Sequence record: DRR723986_5297
Direction: 5' to 3' (one strand)
Length of the DNA stretch: 60,527 bases
The position numbers were made by a program, and so were the translations under genes. This document shows, piece after piece, positions 38,896 through 48,702 of the stretch; the first letter of the stretch is position 1, and each line of letters begins with the position of its first letter. The notes beneath the pieces are model-generated. The model had not been told where the DNA came from. It made no database searches and saw only the letters and a program-made list of their open reading frames with translations.

Positions 38896-39643
38896 AGATC
38901 ACCTAAAGCCAAACCCAAACAAATCGAATATGCGAAAATCTGATTTCTCCGCCACGAAAGACGGATGATTCAGAAACTGTTGTGTTGCCAATGTTCTGCA
39001 CCTGAAGTACGCCCGCTATCGAAAACCGATGGGCATACCGGAGGCCGGATTACATGTCAGCTCAAGCGAGACGTCTTCCCAACGATGCGTGCCACCTCTA
39101 GACCCTCTACGTTGAAAGAGCAGTCCAGCACTGATGACAAAGATGACCGTCGGTAGAAAGTCGGTTGAGCCAACCCAAGCTAGTCAAAGCAGGACGCCTT
39201 AGCTCAGAAAAAGACTTGCAGATACGTCCTGTTGCTATCCCAGTAAATCCTACTGGTCGTGCACTGCGCGCTACCCAGCTCGTGAATCTCGATTTATGCG
39301 TAGCATGCAGACTTCTCCCATTCGCGCCATATCTTACAAGTTCCCCCTGATGCGAAAAGGCCAAAACACACCTCTAGCAGGGGGCAGGCAGGGGACTTCT
39401 TCTCGAATTTTCCGCCAGAGTGGCTGTTTTCACCCGAGAAATGCCGCTCCACCAGGCGCTATCGCCAAGATTGTGCTCGAAACAGCAATCAAAGGCAAAT
39501 GCAACCGTCGATTTTTAGGTTCCCAAGTGCGACACCGTTCCGTGCAAGCCGGTTCACTTTTAAGCTCTCATTCGGCCCTTGGGCATCGCTGGCACAATTG
39601 GTCAGCGCTTGCAGAAACTGTGCACCGCAAAATGGACACTCGT

Positions 39644-40867
39644 TCAGATGCCACCTCGCCTGACATTTGATAGTGGATTCGTCGGCGCAGAATTCACCGG
39701 CGTGTACCGCGGTGACGTCTGAGGCGCAAAGCCGCCTAGGCCATCCCGTCCTGCCCCGCTGCGATGTGATGTAGGCAGTTGCGCACCCGGCACTGGACCG
39801 GACGCTTGACCTGGCATCTGCGGATAGGCTGTCGGTTGCTGGAAACTGGCTGGGGCAATCGCGGGTGAACCTGAAAGCCCTACGCCTGAGAGGCTGTTGC
39901 TTACGCTGCCCGCTGCCGCCGCAATCGACTCGTTGATCTTGATCAAATCGAATGCGTCAACGCCTGTCGTATCAGGAATCGCAAAGCTTGCCGGATCCGA
40001 AGGCTGTCCGTCGTTGATTGCATACTGTCCAACTTGAACAGTGAAAGCAAGCGTCGGCCCACTGTCTGGATGCAATTGAATGTCTACTCGCTTAGGAAGA
40101 TTGACGCCGATTGCGCTGTAGTTCGAATGCTCACTCAAATTGGCCTGAGCAATCAGGCGCTGCGTTGCACCGTCCTTCAGCAGAACTTGGGAGATGACAA
40201 CATGCTTTGGTTCGACCACCAACGTCCGTGTGTAAATTCGTTGCCCAGAGCGAATCACGGTGGTCAATTCAACGTTGCCGTCTGGCCGCGGTGCAGACAT
40301 CTGTGTATCGTCCTGCGGATTAACTTCCACAATCCCCAGTGCCTCGCGTATCCAGATTGGCGAAACAGGCAGGATGTGCCGCGGCCCCACCTGATTTTCA
40401 AACTCACGGTAGCTCGCATAGACGACTCGCGTTGGAGGCGGATACTGCGTCTTCAGCCAGAACGCCTGGGCGTTGCTCCCCGCCGCAATTGCTTCACCAA
40501 AGACCATCGATCCAGGCGATGCAGAGAACCGGAAGTTAAGCGGGCGTTCCCAAGTGAACGTGCCACTTAATCGAGTCGCGATTTCGGGGCTGGAGACTTT
40601 GATGTTCAGCGAACGGATCCGCTGTATCGCCAACGACCGATTGATTGATGTGATCAATTGTTCTTTGGTCGGATTGTCGTCGAACACCACTGGCGGTTGG
40701 AACAATTCGTCCACTCGCCGGCGATTCGTGCACGTCGCTCCACTGGTCACGAAAAGCATACCTAGCAGGAGCAGAAGGCCAGCAGCAGATAACCGAGGCG
40801 CACGACTGCGCTGACCCGGCGATAGCCTGGAGTTCTCAGCGTCTGCTGTGTTGGGCGTTTGATTCAT
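39644..40867 (-). CDS. Hypothetical lipoprotein with beta-rich core and Pro/Ser/Gly-rich tail
   Basis: Long ORF in the local strand direction; hydrophobic segment ending SGATC; beta-strand-rich middle. Confidence 0.65.
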   Translation of the reverse strand: MNQTPNTADAENSRLSPGQRSRAPRLSAAGLLLLLGMLFVTSGATCTNRRRVDELFQPPVVFDDNPTKEQLITSINRSLAIQRIRSLNIKVSSPEIATRLSGTFTWERPLNFRFSASPGSMVFGEAIAAGSNAQAFWLKTQYPPPTRVVYASYREFENQVGPRHILPVSPIWIREALGIVEVNPQDDTQMSAPRPDGNVELTTVIRSGQRIYTRTLVVEPKHVVISQVLLKDGATQRLIAQANLSEHSNYSAIGVNLPKRVDIQLHPDSGPTLAFTVQVGQYAINDGQPSDPASFAIPDTTGVDAFDLIKINESIAAAAGSVSNSLSGVGLSGSPAIAPASFQQPTAYPQMPGQASGPVPGAQLPTSHRSGAGRDGLGGFAPQTSPRYTPVNSAPTNPLSNVRRGGI

Positions 40868-40942
40868 ATTGCCTTTCGCGATCCTTCGCTGGCAGCGTCA
40901 AAAAATAGCGTGCACGGAACATTGGTCCGCTAGCCTGCCGGT

Positions 40943-41503
40943 CTACTGTTCTGTGAAAAGTAAAGCATTCAATTCATTCTCGAGCTCAACCATCTCAGCG
41001 GCTGAAGGCTCCAGCATGGCGACATCCCAACTGCGACCATCCGCTTTACATGCAAGCGTCCAAGTTGGTGCACCAGCAAGCTCCGCATCACCTGTCTGTT
41101 CAGCCTCCGTGGCATCGCCAACGTTAGGCTCGTTGGCATTGATGTCCGCGGATTCAAATACCTTCGTCTCTTCTATCAACACTTGCCGCCGCACGAGCAG
41201 GAGAGCGAGCAAGTAACATAATTTTTCTTTGCCCGGCAGCGAAATCAGCTCCGCCAACGTATCCAAGAGGACACCATTGGGCGCTGGTTTCAGCTTCTTT
41301 GCACCCGCGGCGGGCATCTTGCACTTCCACCACCCGACCGCTTCCGTCGGAGGTTCTTTCCAATTCCGAGCCGCAATATCAATCCGGCTCAAATCATCGT
41401 CTGCCGGAACGATTACCGAGAAATATGCCTCGCCCGGCTCGAGCGGCTTACCGTCCCGATTGCACTTGCGAGAACATTTGTTGATCGAGAATTCTTGAAG
41501 CAT
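40943..41503 (-). CDS. Hypothetical protein
   Basis: 186 aa. N-terminal CSRKC, WWK motif and YLLALLLVRR helix; co-oriented with the 39644 gene. Confidence 0.65.
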   Translation of the reverse strand: MLQEFSINKCSRKCNRDGKPLEPGEAYFSVIVPADDDLSRIDIAARNWKEPPTEAVGWWKCKMPAAGAKKLKPAPNGVLLDTLAELISLPGKEKLCYLLALLLVRRQVLIEETKVFESADINANEPNVGDATEAEQTGDAELAGAPTWTLACKADGRSWDVAMLEPSAAEMVELENELNALLFTEQ

Positions 41504-42015
41504 TGCCCGGCTGCCTTGCGTACATCAGTTGGATCGCGGCCGCATTCGGCACACTGCGCAAATCACCGCGCATCGAAATCCAATATCCACTCCGAAGGAA
41601 CGCTCGGTCGCGGAATGGAGAGTCACGATCCTTCAAGATATGCCTTAGCAACTCAAGGCGTCGCGACGCAATTGCAGTTGCTGTTCGGAACCATCAACTC
41701 CTCACCTCACCAACTCTTTGTGGGACGCTTCTAATGCTAGCCAATCAGGGGCTCCGCGCGAGTTGCTTCGTAAACGCCCGACAACGGAAACATGCCAATA
41801 GCTAGCGTGATCATCAAACTGACTGGCTAAGCAACATCAAATCTGTGCACAGGAGAAGGTCCTTGCGGAAGTCATGTCGAGCTGCGGCGAATTTCGTATC
41901 TTATGTACTTCGTAAAACAGCCGTCGGACCATGCGGCGATAGCTCTAACCGGCCTGAGCTGCGACATCCGCACCTAAATACCTACATCCTGATACCTACA
42001 GCCCGATCGACCCCC

Positions 42016-44064
42016 ATGAAACATCTATCATTCCTTGCGAGTCTTCCCCGTTGTCTCTTGATGCTTGCCATCATGTCCGTTGCGGGAACGCAACTCGCCG
42101 AAGCGGCCTTTGCCCAGGGGGCTCATCTGTTCATTCTTTCGGGGCAGTCCAACATGAATGGGCTGAATCCTGACGACACATTCATTCCGGCTGTTGAACA
42201 ACGATTTGGGGCGGAGAACGTGATTGTTGTCAAGGATTCGCATGGCGGGCAGCCGATCCGGCGGTGGGATAAGGGCTGGAAGTCTGGCGATCCGAAGAAG
42301 CAAGGCCCCATCGGTGATCTGTACGACCAGTTGATGACCAAGGTTAACGCAGCAATCGCTGACCGGGAAATCCAGACAGTGACATTCCTGTGGATGCAGG
42401 GCGAAAAGGACGCTCGTGAAAAGAACGCGGACGTGTACCGGGAATCGTTCCTGCGGTTGCTCGACCAACTGCGAAAGGATCTCGATCACCCGAACGTCAA
42501 CTCTATCATCGGCCGGTTGAGCGACTTTGGAAACAAGAATCCCAACTACCCTGACTGGAACAAGATGCGTCGAGTCCTAGTGGAGTTGGCGGATTCCAGC
42601 AAACGGTCCGCTTGGGTCAACACCGATGATCTAAACGACGGGAAGAACCGAAAAGGTAAAGTCATCAAGGACGACTTGCACTACTCGGTCGAAGGCTACA
42701 GAGAATTCGGACGGCGTCTGGCCCAAGCGGCAATTGAGCGACTCCAACGAACCGACCTGCCGTACGACATCGTGCCCGCGGCAACCGAAGGTTACCATCG
42801 AGTCCGCTACGAGGCGTCGACTGAGCCTGGAAAGTTGCAGTATCCCGTGCAGTACACGGTTTGGATTCCGAAGAACGTCAAAACGCTTCGGGGATTGATC
42901 GTTCATCAACACGGCTGTGGGACTGGCTCATGCCGCTCGGGCTTGACGGGAGCCTTCGACCTTCACTGGCAAGCTCTAGCAGCTAAGCACGACTGCGCCT
43001 TGTTAGCCGCATCCTATGAACAGCCATTTGAATCGGATTGCGCCAAGTGGTGCGACCCGAGAAATGGATCCGACGAGGCCTTTCAGAATTCACTTCGGGA
43101 TCTCGCCAAGCTGTCAGGCCACGCAGAATTAGCCACGGTCCCCTGGGCTGTTTGGGGGCACAGCGGAGGAGGATACTGGACGGGCATCATGCTGATGACG
43201 CATCCCGAGCGATTTGCCGCAGCTTGGATGCAATCGGGTGCTCCGTTTCTTGAGCCCGACGCGGACTATCCTGATTCGACGCCAGTTGCACTTCCCGACC
43301 AACCCATCCAAGCGGCGGTGATGCTGAATGTTGGGACCGAAGAAGGCTTCACCGTCAAGGAAGGGCGTTTCAAGCACGTCTGGCCTCGCGCGAAAAACGT
43401 GTTCTCAGCCCTGCGTGAAAAAGGCACACCAGCAACGATCACGGTCGATCCTCTGACCGGCCACGAGTGCGGCGAGCAGCGGTACCTTGCGATCCCCTGG
43501 TTCGACGCGTGTCTATCGGCTCGCCTCCCAGCTCAACCAGGTGAACCAATGAAACCCATTTCGACAGAGTCCGGATGGTTTGCGCCGTTGATGCAGGAGC
43601 CTTCAACCGAGTCAACTGCGTCGGCGTCAGGCGATTACACCGGAGGTCAATCGCAGGCGATCTGGTTGCCCAATGAGGACGTCGCCAATGTGTGGATGCA
43701 GTTTATCCGAGGCGAGAGAATCAAGGACAGCACTCCACCTCCCGCGCCAACGAACGTCAAACTGTCAGGCGGCCAGCTTACGTGGAAGCCAGTTGCTGAT
43801 GTGCAGAGCGGCATTTTGCATTTTGTCATCCGACGCGACGGCGAGGTGATTGGCCAGGTACCAGACTCAACGGCCAACAGCTTTGGCCGCCCACTCGCCC
43901 AAGGTCTCCTCTACAGCGACACCCCCACGTTGCCTCTGAAGCAATTCACCTTCCACGACACGACCGCCGAATCCACCAGCAAACACCAGTACAGCGTCAC
44001 CACAGTGAACACCGTTGGCCTCGAGTCGAAACCAAGCAAAGCGACACAAGCTTCGCCAGAGTGA
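42016..44064 (+). CDS. Exported fusion of sialate O-acetylesterase (SASA/SGNH), alpha/beta hydrolase and FN3-like domains
   Basis: SGQSNM, WMQGE and DDLHY (SASA); HQHGCG and GHSGGG (hydrolase); PAPTNV...YSVTTVNTVGLES (FN3-like). ATG 42016 precedes a signal peptide. Confidence 0.8.
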   Translation: MKHLSFLASLPRCLLMLAIMSVAGTQLAEAAFAQGAHLFILSGQSNMNGLNPDDTFIPAVEQRFGAENVIVVKDSHGGQPIRRWDKGWKSGDPKKQGPIGDLYDQLMTKVNAAIADREIQTVTFLWMQGEKDAREKNADVYRESFLRLLDQLRKDLDHPNVNSIIGRLSDFGNKNPNYPDWNKMRRVLVELADSSKRSAWVNTDDLNDGKNRKGKVIKDDLHYSVEGYREFGRRLAQAAIERLQRTDLPYDIVPAATEGYHRVRYEASTEPGKLQYPVQYTVWIPKNVKTLRGLIVHQHGCGTGSCRSGLTGAFDLHWQALAAKHDCALLAASYEQPFESDCAKWCDPRNGSDEAFQNSLRDLAKLSGHAELATVPWAVWGHSGGGYWTGIMLMTHPERFAAAWMQSGAPFLEPDADYPDSTPVALPDQPIQAAVMLNVGTEEGFTVKEGRFKHVWPRAKNVFSALREKGTPATITVDPLTGHECGEQRYLAIPWFDACLSARLPAQPGEPMKPISTESGWFAPLMQEPSTESTASASGDYTGGQSQAIWLPNEDVANVWMQFIRGERIKDSTPPPAPTNVKLSGGQLTWKPVADVQSGILHFVIRRDGEVIGQVPDSTANSFGRPLAQGLLYSDTPTLPLKQFTFHDTTAESTSKHQYSVTTVNTVGLESKPSKATQASPE

Positions 44065-44168
44065 AGCAGAGGAAAACAGCAGAGTCCCTGCGTTGAACAA
44101 GCTCTTGCCGCAGGCTCTTGCTCGCACTTTCCACTCTCCTACGTCGGGGTCAACCTGAGTCTATAAAG

Positions 44169-45329
44169 CTAGATCGACGCGAGCCGATCGGCGATTTCCG
44201 TGATGGATGGTCGATCGCTGGGGATTTTTTGAAGCATCTGCGTGAGAATATTGTGATGTGTTGCTGTCAGGCCAATGCGTTGAAAGTGCTCGAGGGCCGG
44301 TAAGTCTGGTGCGGAATTGGCCTGTTTCCAACAAATCTCAATCGACGTCGAGCCACTGAAGAGTGGGCGGCCAGTAGCAAGCTCGAAGAATACGCAACCC
44401 AGCGAGTAGACATCCGATGCCATGGTGGCTCGTTCCCCAGAGGCAACTTCCGGGGACATGCACGTTGGTGTTCCCACCACGCGGCGAGGCTCAGCATCGT
44501 TCGCACCGCTGCTGCGTTCGGCGTTGCTCGACACATCTTCGCGCTTGTCATCATCGCGATGGTCGCTACCAAGCTGGTCATCTTCGCGCTGTTCGTTGAC
44601 GCACTGCGTTGCTCCGAAATCAATCACCCGCACTGGATACGCAGAAGTGGGTTCCTGAGTTCTTTTTGATGTTAAGATCAAGTTGCGAGGGGCAATGTCG
44701 CCGTGCACCCAGCCAGCTTGATGCACACTAACCAAGGCACGGGCGGCCGCTTGCCAAATATCCGCAAGCTCGTTCGGCGGTCCGTTAGAAATGGCGGTGG
44801 AATGGAGTTGGGCTTCCTTTGCCTCTGAGCCCGTGTCCACCCTGAAGTGAGTGAGCTCCAGGCGGTCAAAACGAACGCCTTCAATGTGCTCCATGATCAA
44901 CATCGGCTCTTCTGGCTGAGTCGGACTGTGGGACAATCGAATCGGGATTGGTGCCGAGGTGATATGCTGGAGCGCCTCAAACTCTTTGCGAGCCAACTCA
45001 CGGGCCGCATCGCAGTGGTAGACTTTGCCGATGATTGCCTTTGGTAGGCCGTCGTTGGTGGAGCTGGCCAAACGGAAAATCGACGTGTGCCGATTGCTGA
45101 AAAGCAGCTCTGTGACCTCAAAGCCATCAACTTGCCCACCAATGGCGTCCTCGGCACACCTATCCGGAGGGGAAGGGTCGGTCGCCCGATCCGCGGATCT
45201 ACGGCGTTGCTCTAAGGAGGAGGCTCGCAAGCGCTTCACTTGCAATGCAAGCATGGCCAGGCCGGCGGCTACGGCGATAAAGCCTACCGCCAGGATCAAT
45301 GTTGCTGTTGAAGAGACGCCCAGCCCCAT
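44169..45329 (-). CDS. Hanks-type Ser/Thr protein kinase with N-terminal TM
   Basis: HGDIAPRN, IDFG, GTPTCMSPE, SDVYSLG, DRP. Confidence 0.85.
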   Translation of the reverse strand: MGLGVSSTATLILAVGFIAVAAGLAMLALQVKRLRASSLEQRRRSADRATDPSPPDRCAEDAIGGQVDGFEVTELLFSNRHTSIFRLASSTNDGLPKAIIGKVYHCDAARELARKEFEALQHITSAPIPIRLSHSPTQPEEPMLIMEHIEGVRFDRLELTHFRVDTGSEAKEAQLHSTAISNGPPNELADIWQAAARALVSVHQAGWVHGDIAPRNLILTSKRTQEPTSAYPVRVIDFGATQCVNEQREDDQLGSDHRDDDKREDVSSNAERSSGANDAEPRRVVGTPTCMSPEVASGERATMASDVYSLGCVFFELATGRPLFSGSTSIEICWKQANSAPDLPALEHFQRIGLTATHHNILTQMLQKIPSDRPSITEIADRLASI

Positions 45330-45495
45330 AATCTATGGTCCATTTGCGGTTGCCGTATCGGCCAATGTCGATATACTCCGGAGCTTCTCTCGGGTGCGAA
45401 TGCGCTCAAGAGTTGACAACCGGACATCTTACTCCAAGTGATCCTTTGGATTCGCTTGGTTTCATCGATAACTTGAGTGTTTAGGGATTCGTTCC

Positions 45496-45759
45496 ATGGC
45501 CCGTCAATGTGCTGTCTGCGAGAAGCAAGCATCTGTTGGTAACAGTGTGGAAATTCGCGGTAAAGCGAAGTATTTGGGCGGTGTTGGTACGAAGATTACC
45601 GGCATCACCCGCCGTAAATTCAAGCCGAATTTGCAGCGAGTCAAGGTCGAGCTCCCCAGCGGTGAGCACAAGCGACTGTTGGTTTGTACGCAGTGCATCC
45701 GCAGCGGGGTTGTGCGAAAAGTCGTCAAGCAAAAGCCTTTCGCTCTGCCTACGAAGTAG
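45496..45759 (+). CDS. rpmB: 50S ribosomal protein L28
   Basis: MARQCAVCEK...RRKFKPNLQ...CTQCIRSG. Confidence 0.96.
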   Translation: MARQCAVCEKQASVGNSVEIRGKAKYLGGVGTKITGITRRKFKPNLQRVKVELPSGEHKRLLVCTQCIRSGVVRKVVKQKPFALPTK

Positions 45760-45840
45760 TTGAGCCTCGACCGTCGTCGCTTTTTTAACGCGGCTTTTTC
45801 GGTCCGGATCCTCCGAGCAAATATTCAGCGAGGGCCAGCT

Positions 45841-46134
45841 ATGTCTATTTCCCGCAGCGACGTTGAAAAAGTTGCCAAGCTGGCACGCCTTCGGTTCGAC
45901 GGTGAGCGCTTGGATTCTTTCGCTGACCAGATGAGCAAGATCGTTGATTTTGTTGACCAGCTCTCCGAGGTCAACACCGACGGCATTGAGCCTATGGCGC
46001 ACCCCCTAGATGTGCAGTCCGTGCTCAGGTCGGATTCGCTGGAGCCAGGACTTTCCCGCGACGAAGCTCTTCGCAACTCTCCTAATCAGGACGGCGAGCA
46101 CTTTTTGGTGCCTCCCGTGCTTGGGCCAAAGTAG
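45841..46134 (+). CDS. gatC: Asp/Glu-tRNA amidotransferase subunit C
   Basis: DVEKVAKLARL, QLSEVNTDGIEPM, NSP...HFLVPPV. ATG at 45841. Confidence 0.93.
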   Translation: MSISRSDVEKVAKLARLRFDGERLDSFADQMSKIVDFVDQLSEVNTDGIEPMAHPLDVQSVLRSDSLEPGLSRDEALRNSPNQDGEHFLVPPVLGPK

Positions 46135-48666
46135 ATGGCAGGGGCGATGCGATTTCTCGATACCGCCCACCGGTCTTACTCCGCCTTGCTCCGCCGCAGT
46201 ATCCTCAGCGGTGAATGCCACAGTCTGGCCTGCACGACCCTAGTTTTGTGTTGCGTAGTTCTTGCGGGGCCAAGAGCCGGTGCCCAAGCGACCGACGCAG
46301 AAGCCGCGGCCATTCGGCAAATGACAGCCGCCGGACTTCCTGAGGCAGCAGTTGCCTACGCGGCTGCCAGAACAAGATTCGCGATCGCCGAAGGTGATGG
46401 CGAGTTAGCAGCGAAGTGGACGATGCGGGCGATGGAAGCCACCTCGTTGGCGGCAAGGCACTCACCCGGTCAGGCCTCGCAGCTAGACGAAAAACGAGAA
46501 CAATTTTTTGCTTCGTTCATAGAGGCGTTTCCAAAGCATCGACGCCAGCCGTGGCTCGACTGGCAAGTGGCACGTTGTCAGTTCTTGCGGGCGCAAAGCG
46601 AACTGGCTGTCTACCTAGCCGCTCCAGCGAACACAGCCGCGCAGCAGAGCACCCTCGAACTCATTCGTGAGGTGCAGTCGGCGTGCGAGAAGCTCAAAAC
46701 CGATATCCGCCGACGCCTAGCGGTCGCGTCGGCCGAATCCCCGCGCGGTGGCGTTGAAGCTCCATCGGACAGCCTGATGCAACTGAGTCTGGATGCCGAC
46801 CTGCTACTCAGCGAAGCCCTTTTGTTGAGAGCTCAAGCGTATCCGCATGGATCGCAGGACTACCAAGCGGCCATGGGACAAGTCGATTTGCTGGCCACCG
46901 AGGCACTGCAAAATACTGCCGCCGGATGGACCGGGCAGGAGAAGCTACAGCTTGCACGTGCTGCCGCCGGCCTAGCCCTAGGCAGGCAAGCAGAAAGCAA
47001 CGAGAAGCTTCGGAGCTTGGCGGCGACGGCAAGCACCGATACCGCTCGCAATCAAGCTGCCTGGGTTTTGATTGACAGTCTACTGCGACTTAAGCAAACG
47101 AGCCAAGCTAGGCAATACGCCCAGTTGTTGCCGGCCAGCAGCCCGCTATCAGCATTGGCAGAAATCAAGGTTCGCATTGCGGAGGCGGAGCAGCTCACTG
47201 CGAATCGCCGTGAAGAAGCCATGCGGCGAATACTGGACCTTGCGCGGCAGGTGAAAAGCCAGCACGGCGATTATTGGCAGAATCGAGCCGACGCACTCGT
47301 CACCCGCACTGGAAGCCCGAGTGCTGACTCGACGCCAAACTCGCCGGATTTGATGCAACTCCAAGTAAAGCAATTGCTCGCCGCCGGAAAAACAGAGGAA
47401 GCGATCACCGCTCTTCGCCAGCGGTTGTCACAAGATACTGCGCAGGCCGAAAGCGCTCGAGCGATAGCGACGGCAACCCAGTTGGCCGCATTGCAGTTCC
47501 GGCAGGGCGATGTGCCGGCGGCGATCAAGACCGCTCAGACGACAGCCTGGAGCTTCAAAGACACGACAAGTGCTGCCACACTGCACAGATTTGCTCTCGC
47601 CTTAATGCAAGCCGCCCTGGCAAAGAACCTCTCTGACACAGAACTCGCCATGCAGTATACCGACGCACTTACGGATCACCTTGCTGCCTGGCCAGATCAC
47701 AAGACATCGCGAGACGTGATGGATTGGATGCAGCGCTGGCAGGCGCCCAGAGGAAATTATGCATCGTTGCTTAAAGCACTGCAGGCAAGAGCTGAAGCGA
47801 GTCGCGAGGCCCCCAACAGAGAAGAAACGCTGTGGCTATGGACGCAGGTAGCCAGCCGCGCAACTCCGGCCGCGCGACGACCTGCCGTCAAGGAGCTAAT
47901 GGAGAGCAAGGCCGACGGAGCCCGCTCATTCGCGACTCTGGTGCAAAATGTTGACCAGTGGCTACCCGACCAGCAACGGGCCAGCCAACTCGCCGAACTT
48001 AATCGATCCTTTGGCGTTTCAGCCCTAGCGCCAACTCGCAGCGAGCCTGCACTTGTTCCTGCCGAAGCTTTGCTGGCCGTTGTTCGCACGCTAGAACAAG
48101 TGCGCAAACAGGATTTGACTCACGTGGGCAGCGTCGCTGACGCTGTCGCTCAACTCCCCATAGACATTTCTCGGCTCTACCTTACAAGCCTATCAGAAGC
48201 TATCGACTTGACTGGTGTAGAAACGCGGTCCGCCTGGGCAAAGGCACTCGGCTTGGACGATTCGATCGCCAACATTTGCATAGAATCTAAGCAGCCCGCT
48301 CAAAAGGCCGTCGGCTATCGAATGCTCCAGTGGCTGAACGCCAGCGACTACGCCAAGAACGCAGCAGAACTCGAATCACTACGAAAGTCTTCCCCACGCA
48401 ATGGTCTACTGCTTTTACAAGTAGCCGAGTCGTTGGCGGAGCGGCCCGAAACCATCGATGCTTCCAGTGGATGGGCACGAACAGTTGCAGCGAACAGCCC
48501 TGCTCAATCCAACCTGCACTGGAGAGCGCAGTGGCGCAGGATTAACAACAAAATACTTCAGGGCAAGGCTAAGTCTGCCAGCCAGGCTGCATCGCTTTTG
48601 CTGGCAACTTCGACGCCGGAGGACGAAGTTTGGCTGGCCAGGCTGAAGCGGATCAGTCAGCAGTAA
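46135..48666 (+). CDS. Large Ala-rich helical (TPR-like) exported hypothetical protein
   Basis: 843-aa ORF abutting gatC; signal-like hydrophobic segment followed by helical repeats. The start may be further downstream. Confidence 0.7.
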   Translation: MAGAMRFLDTAHRSYSALLRRSILSGECHSLACTTLVLCCVVLAGPRAGAQATDAEAAAIRQMTAAGLPEAAVAYAAARTRFAIAEGDGELAAKWTMRAMEATSLAARHSPGQASQLDEKREQFFASFIEAFPKHRRQPWLDWQVARCQFLRAQSELAVYLAAPANTAAQQSTLELIREVQSACEKLKTDIRRRLAVASAESPRGGVEAPSDSLMQLSLDADLLLSEALLLRAQAYPHGSQDYQAAMGQVDLLATEALQNTAAGWTGQEKLQLARAAAGLALGRQAESNEKLRSLAATASTDTARNQAAWVLIDSLLRLKQTSQARQYAQLLPASSPLSALAEIKVRIAEAEQLTANRREEAMRRILDLARQVKSQHGDYWQNRADALVTRTGSPSADSTPNSPDLMQLQVKQLLAAGKTEEAITALRQRLSQDTAQAESARAIATATQLAALQFRQGDVPAAIKTAQTTAWSFKDTTSAATLHRFALALMQAALAKNLSDTELAMQYTDALTDHLAAWPDHKTSRDVMDWMQRWQAPRGNYASLLKALQARAEASREAPNREETLWLWTQVASRATPAARRPAVKELMESKADGARSFATLVQNVDQWLPDQQRASQLAELNRSFGVSALAPTRSEPALVPAEALLAVVRTLEQVRKQDLTHVGSVADAVAQLPIDISRLYLTSLSEAIDLTGVETRSAWAKALGLDDSIANICIESKQPAQKAVGYRMLQWLNASDYAKNAAELESLRKSSPRNGLLLLQVAESLAERPETIDASSGWARTVAANSPAQSNLHWRAQWRRINNKILQGKAKSASQAASLLLATSTPEDEVWLARLKRISQQ

Positions 48667-48702
48667 GCCCTACCGCGTTGAATCGATAATCTGCTGACTC
48701 AA

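Noticed and set aside
39190..39460. tRNA- or tmRNA-like fragments (TAGCTCAG, CTCCACCA)
   Set aside because: No T-loop or cloverleaf can be built. The same applies to TAGCTCAG near 30530.
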